Shown here: positions 26,640-39,270 of the stretch, in pieces
Layout: every line of letters begins with the position of its first letter
Position numbering within the stretch: position 1 is the first letter of the stretch
Source: Camelus ferus
Lineage: Eukaryota
Direction: 5' to 3'
NCBI RefSeq assembly: GCF_009834535.1
Contig: NC_045696.1
Coordinates: forward strand, 33,234,001 to 33,298,000
DNA length: 64,000 bases
The notes under the pieces: model-generated
What the model saw: the letters and a program-made list of their open reading frames with translations, nothing else
The model's database searches: none
Told to the model about the DNA's origin: nothing
Translations under genes and position numbers: made by a program

Positions 26640-27255
26640 TACCACTTGTACCCCTTGACCTTCCCAAGAGGTCACTTGTGGAAATGTCCATAGAAACCCA
26701 TGGCTTCCTTCATCTTTTTGCCCGAGGGCATCTCTAGCTACAAGATCATCTTCTGCTATGCTGGGCAGGGTAACTGACAGTCTAGAACAGCAGTTGGCAA
26801 ACTGGCCAAATTCAGCTCACCACTTGTTTTTGGAAATAAATACAACCATAGCCATTTTTTAACATGTTTCCTGTTAAATGCTTTCATGTTACGATGGCAG
26901 TGGTGCGTAGTGTGACAGAGATCATGTGGTTTGCAAAGCTCAAGGTATTTACTATTTGGCCCTTTACTGAAAAGGTTTGCTGACTACTGATCTAGAAGCT
27001 AACCTTAACCTAATGGAAATGGTAAATAAATGCCCCAGTACCCTCACAACCTTGGGGGAATTTGAAGGTGTGTTCTACGCCTTAGCCCTTGTTACCCACA
27101 GTGGTTACTAATTCAGCAATACACCTTATTGGCTTTTCTCCTCCGGTTTTATGCTCCCACATTCTTCCCAAGATTTCTGGGACCATCTTCCAAACACTAC
27201 TGTACCCAAACCTCAGTCTCAGAATGTGATTGTGAGGAATGCAAACTTAGGTATC
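26640..27255 (+). mobile_element. ERVL LTR16-family LTR, interrupted by MER58
   Basis: 3' part acccacagtggttac...acaccttattggctt...ctgggaccatcttccaaac...gtctcagaatgtgattgtgaggaatgcaaactta matches the LTR16 R/U5. Confidence 0.7.
26788..26989. mobile_element. MER58A hAT-Charlie DNA transposon
   Basis: cagcagttggcaaact...atttactatttggccctttactgaaaaggtttgctgactactg; 8-bp TSD GTCTAGAA / ATCTAGAA. Confidence 0.9.
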
Positions 27256-29724
27256 TTCTGTTAAATACTATCTTTTTATCTGTCCAATCCAGTTACAGTT
27301 TAAATTAGCTTAGTGAGTTGTTACATGACAAAGATTTACTCAGTATTTATTCATCTTTCACTGAAAATATCACATGCCAAGCTACAAGATACAGATAAAA
27401 TTGTAAGTTGTCATAGGCATGTATTTTATACCTCTCCTTACCTTTTGGTGCTCATGTTCAGTATTGATTTTAATTTATGTTGCTGTCTTGCCATGTATCT
27501 TATGAGTACAAAATATTCATCATCCTCTTCTATTCTTATGATAGATAGTAATCAATCAACCTAAATCAAGTCATTTCAGTTTACTGTGAGAAAAATTAAA
27601 CACCCCTGCCCCTTAGGACAAAAGACCAAGGGTGAAGAAGTCACAACTCCTTGCCCTGATTTAAACAATGCATCAGTGGTTGAGAGAGTAAGCAAAAGCT
27701 GCTGGGGAAAGTCCTGGGGACTACAGACATCATTAATAGTATAAATGGACACTATTCTGCTACCAAGCATGCTAAAGATCCAGGATTACCATGATCCAAC
27801 TTGCTGTTTACTGGGTTATGGAGAGGATACACACAATGAAGATGACGATTAAGAGCTGGTCTTTTGGGAAGAAAGCAAGCTCATAGTTGAAGTGTTTTGT
27901 CTCAGCTAATGTTAATGGAGGGGGCTTAGAATCTGCAAACCCAGAATATTGAGACAAACTAATCAAGAAAACTGGAATATCATCATTAGAGGGTTCACAT
28001 TCCCTTATCTAAACAGAGCAGGAGAGCTAGAAGGAGACAGTTATGTAGCAGCAGCTTCAGTGGATTTTTGGTGGCAAGATAAGAAGCCAAGTCTTTTAAC
28101 AAAGTTTAGAGACAAAGAGTTTCAGCAGAAATATATTTGTAAGTCAATGGGGACCCGAGTTCTGTTCCAGTGATCTGTATTTTTTATTAAAAGTAGCAGT
28201 CGTGCTATCAAAAGTGGTGGTGTCATTCTGCAGAGGAACAGATCTGGAAGACAATTCTGTAGTTTCATTTTCTTTTTATTTTAGTACTCTTGAATACTTT
28301 TAGGGTCTGGGGAATCTGGGGAGTTTATAGTAGCTGCCCCACATTTGTTCAGAGTAACTTGACTATGGTTACTTCTTTGGGATCTAATAGCTGACCACAG
28401 TGAGATATCCATGAACTTTTGAAACATGTAGTTTGAATTAAACAGTTAGACTAGATCAAGGGATCTTGACTAGAATGGGAAGTTCTAAAACTCCGTTTGA
28501 TTTTTATCCTTTGCATCTCCACATCAGGTATTATCAGCAAGACTCCTTTCTCTGTTCCATCTCTCTTATTCTACATTCTCAACTAATGTAGCCTTTGATT
28601 AAAAAAGGCTCATTCCCTCTCTGAAGATACTTCTACAGATACACAATCTCTCATTTTGATGGCTCTCAAAGTTGAGATGATCAAGAAATTTCCTCCCTGC
28701 CAGAAATATGTTTCTATGCTAAAATCAGTTTCAATCTTTCACATAAAACAGAAAAAATAATAATAACATCTAGATCATGTCGTAAAATGTTTCACAACTT
28801 GCAGGCACTCAACTTCTGTTGATCCTGTCATTCTCTTTTTCTGACTCTCTGGCAGATATCTCATTTTTGCTCTTAGCTACTTGAAATAGTGTAGTTCATT
28901 TTCAAGATGCTTTAGATTTACATCATTTTATCAGAAGATATCTCTTAAAAATAGTGTGCTTATCCAAAAATCTGTTTTGTCACTTTGATCTCATGTTATT
29001 TAATACTCCCTGTAGTAAATAGCCTGATTGATAGAAACTTTTGAACAATAAATGCCCCAATTCACATTCTGGAAAGTAAAACATTTTCCCTTGGAATCAC
29101 TACTTTTATCCCACCCTGTATTCTGAATTAATTATTTCTATAACTGTGAAAAAAACATGATCTTAGCCACAAATTCATTTTTGAAAGTGATTAGCCAATG
29201 CTTATTAAAATCTCTAAATTTATATATTTATTCTCTCTTTCCCCAAACACTGAAAACTAAACTGTTTGACTGCAATGAAGACTCTCCAAAGGTATTTCAC
29301 AGGGTGTTCAAATGTTAAGTTTAGGTCAAAGTCTCATGTATAGTCTATGTATTTTTATTAATTTATAATTTCTAAATTTGTTTTAAATTTTCTGACTTTT
29401 AGAAGCTGTGTTGCTTCATTTTCACCTGATTTTCACTTACATTGTATTAATATAATCTTGTCAAAATATGTGAATAACTAAGACATACTGAAGCTAAAAG
29501 TCATGGAAATAATTAAAGGACAGGACATTGAATGAAACCCATTGTTTGCACATGAAACCTACAGAAAAATAGTGAACTTTTTCAAATCCAGGTATACATA
29601 ATTTTTTTTCTTTGTAGGTTTAAGATTTTTATTTTTTTCCTGCCACATGACTCAATTTTTAGGGAGTTTGGTTAAAGGAATAGACTATAATACAACTGAC
29701 AACAGGAGGCTCTGATTAAAGTTA

Positions 29725-30262
29725 TAGTTTGTGTGTTGTTACAGTTTTATGCACCAATCAGTGACTCCTCCCCTCATTAGAATGTAGCACTTCATTTTGG
29801 GTTTGAGAAGCTCTGTTCCTCCACAGCCATTATTTTTGGTATCATTTGAGGCTGCCCTTTTTTTTTCTGGCTACTACTGACTTGTCTGGAGTGGGCACCT
29901 AAGCCATTCTGAACCAATCACAGTAATTCCCCACAAATTTTTTTTTTAAACTAAAATTAGGAATAGAGACTTTCTGTAGTAGAGGCAGTTGTGATATTCA
30001 GGAAATGCTGATTACTGTGTTTTCTGTGAAGTGGGTCAAAAAGGGGGCAGTAAGAGCAAATGGGTTTATGTAGAAAGAAGCAAGTATGAGTTAAGCACAG
30101 AGAGAGAGAGAGAGAAAATTTCCAGCAAAAAATCTATCAAATGCATTACTGAGATCTTACTTCCTTTGCTTGTTTAGGTCAATAAATGGTCAGTTCTTTT
30201 TTGCCCTAAAGCTAGTACAGATGAATTTTAATTACTTCCATTCAAGAATCCTAAAGAATACC
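29725..30262 (+). mobile_element. Old ERVL/MaLR LTR (LTR33- or MLT1K-like)
   Basis: gaaccaatcacagtaattccc, AATAAA at about 30181, ending ttgccctaaagctagt...caagaatcctaaagaatac. Confidence 0.55.
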
Positions 30263-31319
30263 AAAGTTTAGTTTCTTCTTATCTATTTTAATCTAAAAGA
30301 AGATAGTAGTTTAACCTAATTTTAATATATTAATGGAATTATGGCAAATAGTTTCCTCAACACTGAATGTTTTTTTTTTACCTCAGCTAAGTTTATAAAT
30401 AATATTCTTATACTATTGTAGACTGGGGAGTCTCAAGGATCCTTGAAAGACTTATTTTACCTCATTAATTAAAGTACTAGAGCTCCATACTGAAATGTGT
30501 ATATTCCTTTTACTAATGGACAAAAGGGAATATTTTGCAAAAAAATATTTTAAGGTAAAAATTCAGCAGTAATTCAGCAATACATCCTATGAAATTGCTT
30601 AGAAACTATTATATTAACTATATAGTACAATTTTAAAATCATTCTGTAGAATATTCATAATCATTATAAATCCAAAGTATAGTCTTTGTGTCACACAAAA
30701 GCATTTGAATAATGAAAATATTAAAGATATAAAATATTTTATAAAATATGTGTATATATGAAAAAACATTTCCTTCTGTGTATACTGCAATACATAAAAT
30801 TTAAAATAATCTTAGAAACTCCTTGAATATCTTTGCATCCTCTCCTTCAAAGACCTTCTGACCAAGAGAATTAGTTGAAGCATAACTAGAGGAAATTCCT
30901 AGCCAAGACTAGTATGAAATAACTAGTAAGAAAGTCTAAGAAGGCAATAAATAGTCATCATTACATTTTTCAGTGTCTTCAAGATTTTTTTATCTGAATG
31001 TTGAAACCTTTTTTAGGTTTACTGCATCTTACTAAATTCCAATAATTCTTAACCAGTACCAACTAACAACATATTCCTGAGGTGGCAGAGCAAAGACTAT
31101 AAGGCAAAGGTCAAAGGAGTAGGAGAAACATGAAGTGGTTACCTGGATTCATATTAATGAAATATAATTCATCTATGTGTTGAGATGTGTAGTATGTTCC
31201 CACAAAGAAATTATATGGGTCTTTCTGCTGATTATAACCATGAGGTTACTCTGATATCAGAACGTGAGACAGTGATACAGTCTGGAGACAACAAACTTAT
31301 GCATTTAAAAAGAAATCTT

Positions 31320-32992
31320 AGAGAAATAAAGCAATTCTAAGATGTGTTTGGAACTACAAAAGACCCTGAAACAGCCAAAGGAACCCTTAGAAAGAAGAGC
31401 ATAATTGGAGGCATCATGCTCCCTGATTTCAAACTATATTATAAACTATAGTAATCAAAACAGTATGGTGCTGGCATAAAACAGACATATATCAATGGAA
31501 CAGAATAGAAAGGCCAGAAATAAACTCATATATATGGTCAGTTAATTTTTGATAAAGAAGCCAAGAATACACAATGGAGAAAGAACAGTCTCTTCAATAC
31601 ATGGTGCTGGAAAAACTGTACAGCCATGTGCAAAAGATGAAACTGGATCATTATCTTATACCATATACAAAAATTAACTCAAAATGGATTAAAGACTTGA
31701 ATGTAAGACTTGAAACTATTAAGCTCCTAGAAAAAAAAAACACACATAGGTGTTAATCTCGTTGATGGTGGTCTCGTTGATGATTTTTTGGATTTGAGAC
31801 CAAAAGAAAGACAATAACAGCAAAAATGAACAAATGGGACTACATCAAACCAAAAAGGTTTTGTTTAGCACAACAAAATGAAAAGGCAACCTACTTAATG
31901 GGAAAAATAGTTGCAAACTACGTATTTGATTATATTCAAAACATATAAAGAACTCACAAAACTCAATACCAAAAAACAACTCTATTTAAACAATGGGCAG
32001 AGAATCTGAATAGACATTTTTGTAAAGACATATAGATAGCCAAAAGATATCTAAAAAGAGGCTCAACATCACAAACCATCAGGGAAATGCAAAGTAAAAC
32101 CACAATGATATATTACCTCACAGTTGTTAGTATAACTGTGATCAAAAAGACAAGAAATAACCAGTGTTGACGAGGATGTGGATAAGAGGGAACACTTGTG
32201 CTTTGTTGGTAGGCATATAAATTTGTACAGACACTATGGACAAGAGCATGGAGTTTCCTTCAAAAACAGAACTACCATATAATCTAGTAATTCCACTTAT
32301 AGATTCTTATTTGAATAAAATAAAAACATTAATTGAAAAAGGTACAATGCTTTTTGTGCCCATGCTCATTACTGTATTGCCAAATATATAGCCAAGACAT
32401 GGAAAGCAACTTAAGTTTCCATCAATGGGTGAATGAATAAAGAAAACATGGTGTATAAATACAATGGAGTCGTATGTAGCCAAAAAACAAAGGAAATCTT
32501 GCCATTTGCAACAACATAATGCTCTCAGGGTCCATCCATGTTAAATGATATAAGCCAGACAGAAGAAGACAAATACCGTATGACCTCACTTTTGTGTGGA
32601 ATCTAAAACAACAAGAAATACAAATCCAAAGTCACAGATACAGAGAACAGATCGGTATTTGCCAGAAGCAGGGGGTGGGGAGGTGGTAGGCAAAACAAGT
32701 GAAATTGGACAAAAGGTACTAATTCCAGCTATAAAATAAATAAGTCCTGGGGATGTAATGTACAGCATGGTGACTACAGTTAATAATATTGAATTGTATA
32801 TTTCAAAATTGCTAACAGTGGATCTAAAATCCTCATCACAAAAGGAAATTTCTAACTATGTGTGGTGATGGTTATTGACTAGACTTCTTGTGGTGATCAT
32901 TTCACAATATATAGAAATACAAAATCATTATGTTGTATGCCTGAAATTGACATACTGTTATATGTCAAGTGTACCTCAAAAAAAAAAAAAAA
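31320..32992 (+). mobile_element. 5'-truncated L1 (ORF2 C-terminal third, 3'UTR, poly-A)
   Basis: ggaggcatcatgctccctgatttcaaactatattata; peptide [34 protein letters not shown]1MA-type 3'UTR; A-tail at about 32977-32992. Confidence 0.95.
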
Positions 32993-35900
32993 CAAACTTT
33001 GAAAGTCAGGAAGTCTTTGATCTATATTTATTCTATTTTAAATCCTCTGCTCGAATAGCAAAATGGAAGAACTTGCCTCATTTTGGCCTCAGAAGAGTTG
33101 ACCTAATTCTGACTCCCTTTATGAAAGTTATAGAGATTATTAAATTAACTAGCTCTCCTTACATAGATGATGGTTACCAGGAGACTAAGTTCTACCCTTT
33201 TTCCAGATCAGATGAGCATCCAGCTAGAACCCTTAGAGCCTACATTTTCACAAACAGGATGCATGCCAGAGTGCATCCAAGGGTAGTCTGAGTGGCAGAA
33301 ATCAAGTTTTAGTTGTTTTCTTTTTTTTTTTTTTAACATGATACAGTTCTGGTTCTAACCTTATGTTCCTTTGCTGTATAAAAACTCTGCCACGTAATTA
33401 CTACAGGGACCTGAGCCTCTGTTTCTGGTTAAGTAAATGGTATCTTTGATAATGGTATATGTTACCAACCAAAATCAAAATTATTAGTCCAGGGACTCTG
33501 GTGGAAGCTGCAGTCAAAGCAAGTTTTTTTTGTTTTTGTTTTTTTTAAGGCCTAGGATGTCATTTGAATATATCTCTGCCTTTTGCTGACTTGTTAGTGG
33601 TAACTTCATTGTGGCAGTTTTCCTGATTGCTTATGAGGGAGAGATGTTTATTATTATGTAACACCATGGAGAACATAAATACAGACTACAGTAGCTAATG
33701 GTCGGGGTTGGCACTTGATTGAGGTTAACTTCAGATAACCAGCACTTGGCAGACAGGATAACGTTTAAGTCCAGCCCACTGGGAGGGATATACCCCTGGT
33801 TCAGGGGGTAGTATGAGAACCCTGGGAAACAACTGCACCAATTGCTCCAAGACGGTACCCAGCTACAGACAGCAGATTGATCCAGTAGCTGTGTTTTTAA
33901 TGTCTTATCTTTATACTATAAAAGTAGTACAGGCGTATACTTTTGGCCATCAAAAGGCTATCATACATCGCAGAACTGAAATTGTAGCACACAGCTTCAC
34001 TGAGAGTCAAGCATCTGCTGTACAGAAAATACAAAAGAACATGCTCTCCTTGGCAACAGAGAGTAGATGGTGAGAAGGCATTAAATGCAAAATTTCCTAG
34101 ATATTTCATAGCATCATTCTAAATACTTTTTATTAAAAATCTATCTTTATGTCCTATAACTTCATGTTTGGGTCACATTTGTAGAATCAGTCATCTGTTC
34201 ATATTGGGTTCACATTTATAGGATTTTGTTAAAATACACATCTTTGTCTCTGGTTACAGAGCTTGGACAACAATTTGTAAATGTGACTAAATGCAAGGAA
34301 GATTTATGGTGTTGTTTGTAGAATGGTTTACTTAGGTATGGTACCCATATACAATACGTCTTGGTAGACTGAGGAGAACTTTGAAATTATTATGTGTTTC
34401 TCTGAGGAATTCTTTCGCTACATTTTGGAAAACTCAGATACTAACCAATTCTTCTGTGGGAATTATCATCAACAATATACATAAAATCTACTCTGGCATT
34501 ATGTGATGGTTAGACTTGTTTATATGAGCATCTAAATTAATCTAAAAGATGTAATAAAATATGCTGTTAGTCTTATAAGGGTCCTCCTCTACAAATGCTT
34601 CATAGGTAAGCAAAAACCCCTAAAAATATTTTAAGTGCTTATTATTTTTTTAAATTTTTTTAATGGATAATAATTGATCTGGTTTCAGCTATCACTAGTA
34701 GAGTGAAGGGAAATAGATCTGGTGGGACCAATTTCTGCAAGCTCGCTGCCGACTTTTCTTCTAGCCATTGTGATGATATTTCCACACAGCCGTGTAAACT
34801 GCTAAAGCTAAGCAGAATTATGATCTTATTTGGACACATCTCACTCTGCCATTTTTGTGTGGACACGGCCCTGGCCAACAGTGATTTGATTTTAGATGGA
34901 GTCTGACAAAAGGCAGAATGTGACGAAGGTGAAATACAGGTGGACTCACAGGGAATCAGAGGCGCCACATTTCTTTTCCTGTCAGGCTCTTTGACTGTGA
35001 CCTGCTTGAGGAGGCAGAAAACTAAAATGGAAGAAAGGTCTGAGAATTCAGAAGTCTCAGGGAGAAAATACTGCTAATAGATAGAATGGCCTTTATGGAT
35101 TTTACTCATGTTTTGTGAACTGTTGTAGAGTTAAATTTTGAGAGAAGTAGCATGAATGTTCTTACCTGTAGACTTGCTATAGTGTGCTTTGGTAAACAAT
35201 TTTAATGCTAAGGTTAATTAGGGAAGATGGTGCAGGGAAATCCATTTGTGTTGTAAAGATAACTGCTAAGTGCAGAAGGCTAGGGCAAGGAGAAGAGAAA
35301 CTATTTTGTATTATTCCTGGGTTTTGCTTTTTTTTTTTTTTTTCTATAAAGATTTCTCTGTTTTTGGGTCTACAAAGTTATTCCATTATATCCTGTTTCA
35401 TATTTTCTAGGTCAACAAGAAAAACTGTTCTCTCAGGAGTCACTTGATGAAAAAAAAATGTGTTATGTCCAAAAAGTAGAAGGCCTATCTTTTTTTCCTA
35501 ACCTGGTAAGCTTCTATTTGTGGATGACAGTTCTTATATTTGCACTGTTCCATCTGCTGGATTCCTAAGAGTAAAATGTGAGAAGGGAGCACAAAGATAA
35601 TTCCAATGAGAAAATGAATCAATTAATGTTAAAATCTCTGAAAGTTTGATTTCTTGAAAATCCTTGTGAGTTTCTCTGATAATAAACACATGCCTCCTCT
35701 CTGAAGCAGCACAGAATAGGGAGAATTTCAGTCCTCTTGATTCTGAAGTTTTCTAATATATTAAAAGGAAATAATGAAACTGTCTTACTCTTAAGTGACA
35801 ATGGTGCTTTTTTAAAGTACATCATCACTTTATTTTAAATTATCCCCAAACCCAAACTCACCCTTGCTTCCCCATACCTTATCTAGTCTTTAGCTGTAAG

Positions 35901-38900
35901 GTAAATGTTTTTTTCTCTGAAAATTTCTTCTCTGAATTCCTTAGCATAAGCATATTTCATTTTAAAATCAGCAAAATTAATATTAGCCTTATGTTTTTGT
36001 TTTAATTGTTTATATCTTAGTTATTTCAAATCTAGGTCTTTTGCTTCAGTGCCACTGTAATTAACTCCCTTGAGGGCAGAGCTCAAGTCCTAAGGGGGGG
36101 GGGGTAAATGATATGCTTTCAGGTACTCCCCCAAAAGATGTCTTAAGCTCTCTGAGTATCTTTAGTCTCACAAGTAATACTTCTGCTTAAAATAGTCTCT
36201 TTGATGGAAATATGGAAAATTAATTCTGTTAATTCTTTAAATTCTTTGTAATATGGATGTATTAAAATATTTTAAAATAAATTTGTGGATAGGTAGGAGA
36301 AGACAGGCTCTGAGTGCTTTAAGACAACGGACAAAATATGGTAACTGTAGGAATGAACAAAAACTTAGTGGCTGTTTTCCAATTTCAGATTTAACCACAT
36401 ACAACTATTAGTGTTGACTTCAATATATTCTATTAGACTGGGTGGAAAGCATTCTAGTATCATGTATATTGTTTATATTTTTTAGAATAAAAACACTCAC
36501 TGAAAAGACAAACATAAATCAGTATTTTTATGGCAGCACTATTTCCCATCTATTTTTTCCAGTCTTAAATACCCAATATTAAAATATAGCCTCTTTATTT
36601 CAGGAAGTAGACATTGTACATTGAAAAGAAATTGGTGTCAAATTCTAAGAAGTAGTTGATTTTTTTCTTTCTAAAGTTGATTTTCTTTAATTTGATGACA
36701 TATTTAAAGTGTGGCTACAGCAAAGTACTGTCATTTATAGAAATAAAATATTGCAAAATACCTGAGAAACTGATACTTAGGACTAGTTTATGAAAAATTC
36801 AATTGCCTCTCTGGGGACAAATCTCAACTACTATTCTTAAGAACTGAGCAAGATGAAGATAATCTACTGTAAGAGGTGAGTTACTTTATAATTAAGAGTT
36901 CTTTACCTTTTGACTTGTCTTTAGGAAAACCTGGCTCTCTTTAGACAGGGAGTAGTGTTACCACAGCCCAAAGCATCTTTGTCTTAGTGACTGCTGCTGT
37001 TCTGAGAAGTGAAAAAAGGCACTAGCAGTACTGAAAGGTCATGATCAAACTTTAAATGCACTTAAGAATCATGCTAATAATTTAGAACAAACACACTAAC
37101 CTCAATATGTGTCATCTTTCTAGTAATTAACTTTAATGCTCTGGCTGGATGATAAGACATTAATGCCAGACTCACCTACATGTAAGGACAGGTTGATTGT
37201 ATTGCTGTATTCTTGGGTTTATTACGTTTGTATAGGGAGAAGAGAGCAGCAAGAAGCCTCGTGCTTTGCGGAAGAGCGGCTCTCATCCTGAGTTAGGAAC
37301 GTGTAACCAAGGGACTGCAGTGGAGTGCATGTCTCAGGCCACTGGGAAAACGCCTCTTTTACCTCCATGTTTCCTTTCACGGACACGTTTGGCAGAGCTT
37401 CTTTGCTGTTTTTCTCTGGATACCTGATTGTTGAGAGTCTGTTATGTCATGACAGTGGTGACAGTATCTGATACACACATTGATGACAATGTGGCATGTG
37501 CCTCTTTCGAAACGCTTGATGAATGGAGAGGGAAGAAATTCACTGCACCTCTTCAGAAGATGTTTACAGTTTTAACATTTTCCAGCACCCTTCTCTTCTA
37601 TAAACAGTTGTATTTGTACATAAAGGATATGTTTACTAAAATTAAGTGGTGCCATCTAAGAAGTGAGCTATATAAATAATTTGAAATGAGTAATTTATCT
37701 TTTTGTTTCCTAGCTGTACACAATTCTCAATCTGTTTAGTTACCCTACCTATGTTTCTATTCCTTTAATATTATTTCATTTGATTTCATTCAATTTATCA
37801 TTTCTGCAAAAATCAAATATTAATGTGGATCAAACACACATTATATTAGAAAGGATTTTTACCTTCAAAGGCCAGTCATTGACGTATGTTGAAACTAGCA
37901 ATTCAGAGGTTAGGGGTGACCAGAAGAACATTGTTAATAAAGGATATATTTTTTCTCATGAGTGATATTCATTTAGTCTATCTAAATGTTTTGGTTTTGG
38001 TGTTACTAGAGATATGCTTTTATTCTTTACCAAGATCAATATTTTATTTTGATATAATAGCATCTTTAGGGGTTATATCTAAGAGTAGTAATAATGACAT
38101 TTGGTAATGTTTACCTTTTATTATAAAGTCTGTGGCTACTTCCTCTTAAACCATTTTTTCATGTTTTTCATGTGGAATGTAGAACAAAAAGGTAATAAAT
38201 TTGTCTTTTGTCAAGGTCTCAGGGGAAGTAGTTTGAGAAAGTGAGTTGACATAATATTTCTTCTCTTTGATAAAGTACATTATGTTTATCAGCTTGTGAA
38301 TCATTTACAGAGTGAACGTCAATTTGATGGTTTAACAAGTCTATTTCCCTTTTAATAAATACCTGTATTATGTTTAGTTATTGTTATTTGCCACAAGGTT
38401 ACTTAGTGCCTGAAATTAGTCATGTGGGCTCTCCAGATGCAACTAAACACTTTATTAATTTGTATGCAGTTGGAGATTAGAATACAGTAAAATTATTGCA
38501 GGAGAGTGATTCATTCCACACTATTTAAGAAACTAAAGGAGCACTTTGATTTCAGAGTCAAACGATTTTTTAAACTATTTAATTTTGAAGAACCGCAAAC
38601 TTAATATGTGACTAATCAGATTCTTGTATTTTCTCCTCTGCTATGACAAGAACGGAACCAGCAGCTCCTTTGTGCGCCTCGGTAAGGATAATAAGAATAA
38701 AACCATCCAAGATATTTTGCAAAGCTTGCCTTTCTCCTGACTGTTTAAGAGTGATATTTATGAACAACATGTTTATATAGTTACAGGTAAATATGAAGAC
38801 AAGATGGACTACTGATATCAATGCCTCACACATATATGGGTATATATGTAGGCTAGGTGTGCAGATATACATTTTCAGATTATTTTGTTCTGAATAATGA

Positions 38901-39215
38901 ATAGTTATTTCTATGAGAGAACATTTTTACATCCATATGTGTGTGAGAATGGGTGTGTGTTTATGTGAGAGAGAGACAGATAATTGTGGTGTAATCATTT
39001 GAACAATGTTTTGTTATTTTTCTTCTTTTATTGTCATGGAGTCCTGCGGTTTTGGAGGGTGGTCATATGAACTGAAAAACATAATGGTAACTTCCTTGAC
39101 TGCAGTATATTTCCAGGAATAGCCTGAATAATAATAAGGGCTGTACTGCTTTGACATCTGATTTTTCTGTTAAGACAAAATATACTCAATTCAGTACATA
39201 TGTTCTGAGGTGATA

Positions 39216-39270
39216 AAAAGAGGTTTTCAAGTGCCCTGGCCAAATGCTAGGGCACTTGAAAGCCTCTTTT
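39216..39270 (+). repeat. Near-perfect inverted repeat (25-bp arms, 5-nt loop)
   Basis: AAAAGAGGTTTTCAAGTGCCCTGGC-caaat-GCTAGGGCACTTGAAAGCCTCTTTT: 23 Watson-Crick pairs plus 2 G:T. Confidence 0.95.

Noticed and set aside
32875..33291. Longest ORF in the track (138 aa)
   Set aside because: Starts in an L1 3'UTR, reads through its poly-A tail (KKKK) into flank, uses a TTG start and has no recognisable domain.
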